DNA from: Candidatus Latescibacterota bacterium
Lineage (GTDB): Bacteria > Latescibacterota > UBA2968 > UBA8231
Direction: 5' to 3'
Assembly: GCA_964291625.2 (NCBI GenBank)
Contig: OZ220090.1
Span: forward strand, 1,062,451 to 1,126,450
Length of the DNA: 64,000 nucleotides
Each line of letters opens with the position of its first letter. Position 1 is the stretch's first letter. Shown here piece after piece: positions 56,969 to 64,000 of this stretch. The position numbers and the translations under genes are program-made. The notes under the pieces are model-generated. The model was not told the origin of the DNA and did not search any database. It saw nothing but the letters and a program-made list of their open reading frames with translations.

Positions 56969-58719
56969 CACAGCTCGGTCAGCTCCCGGGCCAGGCTCTG
57001 GCGGCGGTGCATGCCGGCGTAGAGCCCGCCCCGCGCCACCAGCTCCTCGTGGGTGCCCTCCTCGGCGATGCCGCCGTCGTCGAGGACGACGATGCGGTCG
57101 GCGTCGCGCACGCTCGACAGGCGGTGGGCGATGAGGATCGTCGTGCGCTGCCGCATCACCTCCCGCAGGTTGTCCAGGATCCCCTCCTCGGTGGCGGTGT
57201 CGACGCTGGCCAGGGCGTCGTCGAGGATGAGGATGCGAGGCTCGCGGGCCAGGGCCCGGGCCAGGGCGGTGCGCTGCCTCTGCCCCCCCGACAGGGTGAC
57301 GCCGCGCTCGCCGACGACCGTCTGCAGGCCGTCGGGGAACTCGGCCGGGTCGAGCTGCGCCATGCCGGCGGCCCACTCGACGGGGCCGGGAGCCCGGTCG
57401 AGGACGATGTTCTCCTCGATCGTCTCGGAGAACAGGAAGGCCTCCTGCGGCACGTAGCCGATGGCGGCGCGCAGGGTCGTCAGGGGGATGCTCTCCACGG
57501 GCGCGCCGTCGATCAGCACCTCGCCGCGGTCCGGCTCCAGCAGGCGCGGGATCAGGCGGGCCAGGGTCGACTTCCCCGAGCCCACGCGGCCGACGATGGC
57601 GAGGGTGCCGCCGGCGGGGACCCGCAGGGAGACCCCCTCCAGGACCGGGCGGCCGTCGAAGGCGAGGTGCACGTCGCGCAGCTCGACCTCCCCTCTCAGC
57701 CCGTCGCGTCCCGGGGCGCGGCGGTCCTCGGGCGGGTGGCCGAGGATGGCGTTGATGCGGCCGAGGGAGGCGGCGGCGCGCTGGAACTCGTCGACCATGC
57801 GGCCCAGGAGGTACATGGGCCGGCTCATGCGGATCAGGTAGAGGTTGAAGGCGACGAAGGCGCCGAGGGTCAGGCTGCCGTCGATGACGCGCAGGCCTCC
57901 GAGCCACAGCACGACCAGCATGGAGACCCCGTTCAGCAGTCCCGTGAAGGGAAAGAACAGGCTGCGGATGTGGATCAGTCCCTGGTTGCGCTCCACGTAC
58001 TCTTCGTTGAGGGCCCCGAAGTCGCGGATCTCCCGGGCCTCGACGGCGCACGCCTTGACCAGCCGCATGCCGCCGAGGTTCTCCTGGATGCGGGAGCTGA
58101 TCGCCCCGAACTGCTCCTGCACGCGCCGGTAGCCGGAGCGGACGCGGACCGAGACGAGGCTGGCGGCCACGGCCAGGACCGGCATCGGCGCCAGGGCCAG
58201 CAGCGCCAGCTGCCAGTCGATCAGGCTCATGAGGAGCAGGCTCAGGACGAAGGTGAGCACGCCCATGAGGGTCATGCGGAAGGCGTGGTGCAGGAAGCGC
58301 TGGATCGCCTCCACGTCGTTGGTGGCGCGGGCCATCAGGTCGCCGGCGCGGCGCTCCTGGAAGAACCGCAGCGGCAGCCGCAGGAGGTGCCTCACGTAGG
58401 CGCCCCGGATGTCGTGCTCCACGTGGCGGGAGACGCTGGTGAAGAACCAGCGCATGCCGAAGTTCACCCCCCAGCCCGCCACGGCCAGGCCGGCGATCGC
58501 CCAGGCGAAGACCCGCACCTCGCCCAGGGCCGCGGCGACAACTCCCGCGGCCGGCTCCGCCTCGGTGACCCTTTCGGCGCGCTCGATCGCCTCCTTCAGC
58601 AGCAGGGGCAGGACGAGGGTGATCGTCTGGGCCAGCAGCAACAGCCCCAGACCGAGGACGACCTGACGGCGGTAGGGGCGCAGCCAGGGGCGGAAGAGTC
58701 GGAAGGGATCGAGGCGCAA
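56968..58719 (-). CDS. ABC exporter ATP-binding/permease subunit (MdlA-like)
   Basis: TM domain plus GRVGSGKS, LSGGQRQR, degenerate LDDALASVD. Confidence 0.93.
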   Translation of the reverse strand: MRLDPFRLFRPWLRPYRRQVVLGLGLLLLAQTITLVLPLLLKEAIERAERVTEAEPAAGVVAAALGEVRVFAWAIAGLAVAGWGVNFGMRWFFTSVSRHVEHDIRGAYVRHLLRLPLRFFQERRAGDLMARATNDVEAIQRFLHHAFRMTLMGVLTFVLSLLLMSLIDWQLALLALAPMPVLAVAASLVSVRVRSGYRRVQEQFGAISSRIQENLGGMRLVKACAVEAREIRDFGALNEEYVERNQGLIHIRSLFFPFTGLLNGVSMLVVLWLGGLRVIDGSLTLGAFVAFNLYLIRMSRPMYLLGRMVDEFQRAAASLGRINAILGHPPEDRRAPGRDGLRGEVELRDVHLAFDGRPVLEGVSLRVPAGGTLAIVGRVGSGKSTLARLIPRLLEPDRGEVLIDGAPVESIPLTTLRAAIGYVPQEAFLFSETIEENIVLDRAPGPVEWAAGMAQLDPAEFPDGLQTVVGERGVTLSGGQRQRTALARALAREPRILILDDALASVDTATEEGILDNLREVMRQRTTILIAHRLSSVRDADRIVVLDDGGIAEEGTHEELVARGGLYAGMHRRQSLARELTEL

Positions 58720-58735
58720 AAGGAGTCCGGAAATA

Positions 58736-58751
58736 GACTGACCGGTCAGTC
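58736..58751. promoter_or_regulatory. Perfect 16-bp palindrome, TetR-type operator
   Basis: GACTGACCGGTCAGTC, 16 bp upstream of the operon start; minus-strand TTGACG-N17-CAGTTT just upstream. Confidence 0.7.
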
Positions 58752-58809
58752 ACAAACTGGGCGGGCCGGCTTGCGGCGTCAAGAAAGCCTGAGTTGGGGC
58801 TGGCTATGT

Positions 58810-59853
58810 TCAGGCCCCGTTGATCACGGCCTCGGCATGTCCCAGCTGATCCGTGATCCAGCCGAAGTCGGGCCCCTCGCCGAGGATCATGCCCTGCATG
58901 GCGCGGTAATCCCGTTCGATCACCGCGCGCAGTCCCTCTTGCGGAACCAGCCTCACCCCTCCCGGAACGGCTTCCTCGAACCGCTTCCAGGCCTGCTTGA
59001 AAGCAACAAGGTTGTGATTCCGAACCGAGTTCAGCAGGCCGGTGTCGACCAGCGCCGACCGGCCGACATCCGTCGCCGTGATCACCGCCGCATCGTAATA
59101 GTGGCGCGAAATGCGGTCCTTGTCGGCCGGCAGCCGCCCGGTGTCCCGGAATCCACAGTGCGCGCCATGCAGGATCAGCAGCTTCTCCCAATAGGTCCGC
59201 TCGGGCGCGATCACTCGAATGCCCCGCGATGAGAACGACCAGTCCGGGAGCACATCGGCGACATAGGGAGTGACCATGCAGTCCTGGCTGGGGTCGAGGG
59301 CAGACCTTGCTCCCGCCTCGATCTTCACGCGCGGGGCGACGTAGGCGACCTCACGGCTCGGAAAGAGTGTGGGGTACTCGATGAACAGCGTCTGTCCGTC
59401 GACATCGCCCTCATCGGGAAGGACCTGACAGGCGGCCGAGAGTTCGCCGACCCGCCTGGCCAGAGCGGTCCGCAGTTCTCCGCGGATGTATCCGCTGCAG
59501 GCCGCGCCGAGGTCCTTGAACAGCGAGGCCCGCTTCTTGTTGGACAGACGGCTCGCCAAGGTCGGGTCGCCTTCCCCTTCGAATCCAAGACCGTCTCGGA
59601 ACACCACGAGATCGATGTCCTCGGAAAAGCGCTTGATGAGTCCGAAGGCCTTGGACAGCGACGTGCCGCCCTTGAAGAGCATCCTCGGATGCCCCTCGGG
59701 CCGCCGGTTGAAGAGCGCGTCGAGAACCAGGCAGACCCAGAAGTCCTTCTCCACATACCCCGGCAACGTGTCGAGGCGGGCTGCCGCCGCCTGGAAGACA
59801 TCCCGTCTGTCCTGCTCCGGCAGCGAAAGGAACGATCCAAAGCCTCCGGTCAT
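58810..59853 (-). CDS. AbiEii/AbiGii-type nucleotidyltransferase toxin (type IV TA)
   Basis: VEKDFW, FKGGTSLSK, RFSEDID, RTYWEK, RHYYD. Confidence 0.93.
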   Translation of the reverse strand: MTGGFGSFLSLPEQDRRDVFQAAAARLDTLPGYVEKDFWVCLVLDALFNRRPEGHPRMLFKGGTSLSKAFGLIKRFSEDIDLVVFRDGLGFEGEGDPTLASRLSNKKRASLFKDLGAACSGYIRGELRTALARRVGELSAACQVLPDEGDVDGQTLFIEYPTLFPSREVAYVAPRVKIEAGARSALDPSQDCMVTPYVADVLPDWSFSSRGIRVIAPERTYWEKLLILHGAHCGFRDTGRLPADKDRISRHYYDAAVITATDVGRSALVDTGLLNSVRNHNLVAFKQAWKRFEEAVPGGVRLVPQEGLRAVIERDYRAMQGMILGEGPDFGWITDQLGHAEAVINGA

Positions 59854-60473
59854 GGGGCGACGGCCTGGTCACTCGCGATGCTGCGCGCCAGCGGCAATGC
59901 CCAGCCGGGCAGATCGCGGCTGTTGTGCAACAGGTCGACCTTCACGTGGTCGGGAAGGTGACGGCTCAGCGTCGAGACAGCCACCCCGTCCGAGGCCGCG
60001 CGGCGGCCCAACCACCGCAGCGCTTGAACGACCGGCGCGGCGGGTCTCCCCGCCCACTGCATGACCCTCGGACCCGCGTGCCGGAACCGGACGGTTCTTC
60101 CGTCGATCTCAAGCGTCCTCGAATGGCCGTCGGTCACGTAGCTGACCTTCGCCGGAACCGCGTTGGTGAGGCCCAACTGATTCGCGGCCACCAGGCCGTC
60201 TGGCATGATCCGCACACCGTCCCGTCGTGCCAGCGCTGCGATGGCGGCCTCCAGATCGACGGGCGCTGGCCGATTCAGCACACGGCTGATCCTGGGCCTG
60301 TCGTACAGGCCATGGCCCACGCGGCGCAGCCGTCCCGCCTTGACGAGACGCGACAGGGCCTGGTCGATGGCCTCACGGCTGCCGAGATCCAGAAAGTCCT
60401 TGGGCGTGCACACCCACCGTCCGCTCCCGTGCACGGACACCCTCCGCATGATCTTGTCTGCCATGGCGGTCAT
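59850..60473 (-). CDS. AbiEi-like antitoxin (DUF6088-like)
   Basis: DFLDLGSREAIDQALSRL...RRVGHGLY, ANQLGLTNAVP; ATGA coupled to the toxin. Confidence 0.9.
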   Translation of the reverse strand: MTAMADKIMRRVSVHGSGRWVCTPKDFLDLGSREAIDQALSRLVKAGRLRRVGHGLYDRPRISRVLNRPAPVDLEAAIAALARRDGVRIMPDGLVAANQLGLTNAVPAKVSYVTDGHSRTLEIDGRTVRFRHAGPRVMQWAGRPAAPVVQALRWLGRRAASDGVAVSTLSRHLPDHVKVDLLHNSRDLPGWALPLARSIASDQAVAP

Positions 60474-60607
60474 CGGACATCAGAGTCAGAAATTTATGCT
60501 ATTTTTTCTTACGAATCAAGAAGGAGATATCAGGGGGCGGACCTCATGCAGATTGACGCCTACCGCCCCCCGGGGCCTCATTCCCCGCCCTTTCCGGGAG
60601 ATCAGCC

Positions 60608-62530
60608 ATGGACCCGATCCGAGCCACCGTACCCGCCACCGAGGCGCCGTCGTGGGCGGTCTGGCAGCGCCGCCTCATCGATGCGATGAACGCCTCCGTC
60701 GAGCCCTACACCGAGGCCTACTGCGAGGCCGACGGCCGCCTGATCTGGCGCCACGAGACGGCGGGCAGCCCCGACGACTTCTACGAGGCCTTCTTCAACT
60801 GGCCCCTCCTCTACCTGATCGGCGGCGCCGACGACCTGCTGCCGCGATCGCACCGGCACTGGCGGGCCGTCACCCGGCAGCTGACCGGCTTCGGCCTGGT
60901 GCGCGATGAGTACGCCCTCCGGGAGGACCAGTTCCACCAGGCCGAGAGCGACATCTTCTTCTACAACCTCTGCCTGGCCGATCCCGCCGACGAGGCCACC
61001 GCGGAGCGGGCCTGCCGCTTCGCCGACCTCTACACCGGCCACGACCCCGCCGTCGACAACTGGGACGGCGGCCGCAAGCTGATCCGTTGCGCCCTCAACG
61101 GCTCCGGCGGGGCGGCCCTCGACTTCTACGGACCCGACCATTCGTACGGCTGGTCGGAGGGCATGTCCGTGTACGGGCTCCCCTACCACGACGTGGCCGG
61201 CGTCGAGAGCGTCGAGGACCTGAAGGACCCGGCCAAGGCCCGGGCCATGGGCGCCGCCATGGCCCGGCGCATGGGGCGCGGCGACGCGGTACCCAACCTC
61301 GCAGTGGTCAGTCTGGTGACCAACGCCTGGCTGCTCACCGGCGAGGACCGCTACCGCGGCTGGGTCCTCGACTACGCCGGCCGCTGGGCCGAGCGGGCCC
61401 GGGCCAACGGCGGCCTGCTGCCCGACAACGTCGGCCTCTCCGGCGAGGTGGGGGAGCACATGGACGGCAAGTGGCACGGCGCCCTCTACGGCTGGACCTG
61501 GCCCCACGGGTTCTACAACGTGCAGCAGGCGGCCCTGCTGGCCGCCGGCGCCGCCCTGCTCATGACCGGCGACACCTCGTGGCTGGAGCTTCCCCGGGCC
61601 CAGCAGGACCGCATCTTCGAGATGGGCGAGACCCGCGACCTGCGGCGCCAGCAGATGAGCCTCCACCACCACTGGATCGGCCACTGGCGGGGCTTGGAGC
61701 GCGCCGGCGTCCACGACACCTGGGTCGTCCCCTACCGCTACGGCGACGCCGGCTGGTTCGACTGGCAGCCCCTCTCCCCCATCTACCCGGCGGCCCTGTG
61801 GAACCTGTCCATGGACCCGGCCGACTGGCGCCGCATCGAGGAATTGCGCGCCCGGGAGGCCTACGACTGGGCCGATGTCTTCAGCTTCCGCAACAAGGAG
61901 GACGCCGGCCACGAGCAGCCGTGGCTGCGCTTCCTGGACGGCGCCAACCCCGGCTTCCCCGAGCGCATGCTCGGCGCCAGCTACGGCGAGGTCGCCCGCC
62001 GCCTGGAGCTGATCCGCGGCGACGACGAGCACGACACCCACCGCGACGTGCACCGCTGGCAGCACGTGAACCCCGTCTCGACGGAGGCCCTCGTGCAGCA
62101 GACCCTGGGCGCGCCCCAGTCCCTCTACAACGGGGGACTCCTGCACTGCCGGGTGCGATATTGGGACCGGGAGCGCCGGAGGCCGGGACTGCCCGCGGAC
62201 ATGGCCGCCCTCGTGCAGGAACTGTCGGCGGAGCGCACCGTCCTGACCCTGGTCAACCTCAGCCCCTTCGAGGAACGCCGGCTGACGGTCCGCGCCGGGG
62301 CCTTCGGCGAGCACCGCTTCGGCCGCGTCACCTGGGACCGCCGCCTCAGCGCCTACCCCGGCGGCAGCGGCGACTACGCGGCCGAGCCCCTGGCCGCCGG
62401 CGGCGACAGCCGCGACGTGGACGACACCCACCTGGCCGTCGACCTGCCGCCGGCGACGCGGATCACCCTGGAGCTGGAGACGCGGCGCTATGTGGGCCGG
62501 CCGAGGGCGGCCCTGGACTGGCCGGGGTGA
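60608..62530 (+). CDS. Hypothetical 640-aa protein (possible alpha/alpha-barrel enzyme)
   Basis: Long ORF with strong host codon usage and GGAG RBS; no diagnostic motif recognised. Confidence 0.8.
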   Translation: MDPIRATVPATEAPSWAVWQRRLIDAMNASVEPYTEAYCEADGRLIWRHETAGSPDDFYEAFFNWPLLYLIGGADDLLPRSHRHWRAVTRQLTGFGLVRDEYALREDQFHQAESDIFFYNLCLADPADEATAERACRFADLYTGHDPAVDNWDGGRKLIRCALNGSGGAALDFYGPDHSYGWSEGMSVYGLPYHDVAGVESVEDLKDPAKARAMGAAMARRMGRGDAVPNLAVVSLVTNAWLLTGEDRYRGWVLDYAGRWAERARANGGLLPDNVGLSGEVGEHMDGKWHGALYGWTWPHGFYNVQQAALLAAGAALLMTGDTSWLELPRAQQDRIFEMGETRDLRRQQMSLHHHWIGHWRGLERAGVHDTWVVPYRYGDAGWFDWQPLSPIYPAALWNLSMDPADWRRIEELRAREAYDWADVFSFRNKEDAGHEQPWLRFLDGANPGFPERMLGASYGEVARRLELIRGDDEHDTHRDVHRWQHVNPVSTEALVQQTLGAPQSLYNGGLLHCRVRYWDRERRRPGLPADMAALVQELSAERTVLTLVNLSPFEERRLTVRAGAFGEHRFGRVTWDRRLSAYPGGSGDYAAEPLAAGGDSRDVDDTHLAVDLPPATRITLELETRRYVGRPRAALDWPG

Positions 62531-62549
62531 CCGGTGCGAGGCAGCGGAC

Positions 62550-62582
62550 TTGTGTGATGCCGAGATCGTCGACTACCACTGA
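62550..62582 (+). pseudogene. higB: 3' remnant of higB toxin gene
   Basis: Encodes ...DAEIVDYH*, the typical C-terminus of plasmid-killer HigB, directly upstream of higA. Confidence 0.7.
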
Positions 62583-62603
62583 TGCCCCTTGAGGGGTGAC
62601 GAC

Positions 62604-62897
62604 ATGACCCGCCTGGACCCCATCCACCCCGGCGAAATCCTGAAGCACGACTTCATGGAGCCCATGGGGCTGTCCGACACCTCCCTTGCGAGAGCGATCG
62701 GCGTTGCGCCGGCGCGGATCGACGAGATCGTCCGCGGCCCCCGGGGAATCACGTCGGAGACCGCGCTGCGTCTGGCGCGGTACTTCAACACCGATGCCCG
62801 AAGTTGGATGAACCTTCAGGACCGCTACGAGCTCGAACTCGCGGCGCGTGAGAAGGCCGAGGACTTGCGCGCCATCCGCCCGCGCGAGGTGGCGTGA
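62604..62897 (+). CDS. higA: HigA (VapI) family antitoxin
   Basis: PIHPGEILKHDFMEP...ITSETALRLARYF...WMNLQ. Confidence 0.93.
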   Translation: MTRLDPIHPGEILKHDFMEPMGLSDTSLARAIGVAPARIDEIVRGPRGITSETALRLARYFNTDARSWMNLQDRYELELAAREKAEDLRAIRPREVA

Positions 62898-63026
62898 GTC
62901 GCATCGGCGCCCGGGGGAGGGTCAGGAACCGATGGGTCACCGGGTCGTCTGAGTTGGACTGCCGTCCCGCAAACCAGCAAGGCGTCGCCACGGCAAGAGC
63001 GGCCTCGCAGCAGGAGGCGAGAGTCC

Positions 63027-63683
63027 TTGGCACGATCCGTCCTCATCGCCCTGACCGGGCTGCTCCTGGCCGGCTGCGACCTCTTTGCCCCGAAGAAGAT
63101 CACCGGGCAGATAGAGCGGCCGCCGCCGGACTCGCCGTACACGCCCCAGGTGGTGATGGACAACCTGGAGAGGGCCTTCGACGACCGCGACAGGAACCTG
63201 TATGAAGACCTCCTCGACGACGCCTTCTGGTTCACCGAGGCCGACTGCACGGGCGACCTTGTCTACTACTATGGCAAGGAGGAGGAGCTGCGGATCATGG
63301 GCCCCCGCGACGGCTCGTCCCACGGCATCTTCGACATCTACCGCACCATCGACTGGAAGTTCAACCCCACCCGGCGCTACACCGAGTACGGCCGCGACCG
63401 CCCCGACAGCTTCGAGGGCGATCCCGACGGGCACCCCGACGAAGACTGGGAGGTCTTCCGGGGCCGGGTGGAGATCCGGCTCCTCCAGCGGCCGGACGAG
63501 GGCTACTTCGTCGATCAGGTGATGACCTTCAAGATGCGTGAGGGCGACGACGGCCTCTGGCGCATCGTGCGCTGGATGGACGATCCCCTGTCCACGGACT
63601 GCGGCGAGGGGGAGAGCCCCAAGCCGGCCGCCCGGCCGGTCTGGTCCCGGGTCAAGGCGATCCCCGGCAAGGCCCGCCCCTAG
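63027..63683 (+). CDS. Lipoprotein of unknown function
   Basis: Lipobox LAGC; AGGAGG RBS; C-terminal RPVWSRVK. Confidence 0.8.
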   Translation: MARSVLIALTGLLLAGCDLFAPKKITGQIERPPPDSPYTPQVVMDNLERAFDDRDRNLYEDLLDDAFWFTEADCTGDLVYYYGKEEELRIMGPRDGSSHGIFDIYRTIDWKFNPTRRYTEYGRDRPDSFEGDPDGHPDEDWEVFRGRVEIRLLQRPDEGYFVDQVMTFKMREGDDGLWRIVRWMDDPLSTDCGEGESPKPAARPVWSRVKAIPGKARP

Positions 63684-63889
63684 GCCGCGCTCTCGCCAAC
63701 CAGGCCCACGCTCCCGCTCTCTCCCGCCCGGGGCATGCCGGCTTCCCTGCCGTGCACGCCGCGGCCCCCGGTCCGGGAGCCGCGACGGCTTGCTGACCCT
63801 GTGATCCAATGCCGAAGTTCGGCCCTCCGGGCGCGCGCACATGCGCCCCATAAGTGTTTCCCCCATCGGCAACGGAAGCGAAGCAATCC

Positions 63890-64000
63890 ATGAAGCCCCC
63901 CCGTCCCACTCCCCTCCCCCCGCCCCGCAGCGACGGCGCTGTGCTCCACGTCGACGCCGAGCGCTACGTCGACACCCTCACCGGGCTGAACAACGCCGGT
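63890..64000 (+). CDS. Start of probable GGDEF-domain protein (truncated by window end)
   Basis: My translation: MKPPRPTPLPPPRSDGAVLHVDAERYVDTLTGLNNAG; DxLTGLxN typically opens GGDEF domains. Confidence 0.55.
   Translation, partial: MKPPRPTPLPPPRSDGAVLHVDAERYVDTLTGLNNAG

Noticed and set aside
63690-63889. Riboswitch (e.g. c-di-GMP) upstream of the putative GGDEF gene
   Set aside because: Only short hairpins such as GCCGAA-g-TTCGGC; no consensus I could recognise; an Rfam scan would be needed

Overview
High-GC bacterial DNA. The secreted proteins carry FCB-type C-terminal tails (a 'PNPFN' FlgD-Ig domain and a 'SxWGxxK' motif), which suggests a Latescibacterota-like organism; this is inference. 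Positions 1-20.8 kb and 26.3-34 kb hold catabolic enzyme genes (TPP enzyme, two Gfo/Idh/MocA, two enolase-superfamily, aminotransferases, PhyH, M14/M81 peptidases, GH116, HpcH aldolase, Ldh_2, SDR, creatininase). At 20.9-26.1 kb is a tandem array of six ~880-bp paralogs encoding secreted DOMON/CBM9-like proteins, whose three variable segments are shuffled between non-adjacent copies inside a conserved framework; this is the strongest candidate for an undescribed system. A lower-GC island (~34.1-49 kb) has two near-identical inverted IS630 copies bracketing a 2675-aa M6-protease/cadherin/Fn3 surface protein, plus pseudogenes and a decayed TA locus. Positions 49-64 kb hold an ABC-transporter operon with a perfect TetR-type operator and a hidden 50-aa HTH-only TetR gene, an AbiE-type pair, an orphan higA with a higB remnant, and the start of a probable GGDEF gene. 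No rRNA, tRNA or CRISPR array was seen. Family assignments come from motif recognition, not database searches.
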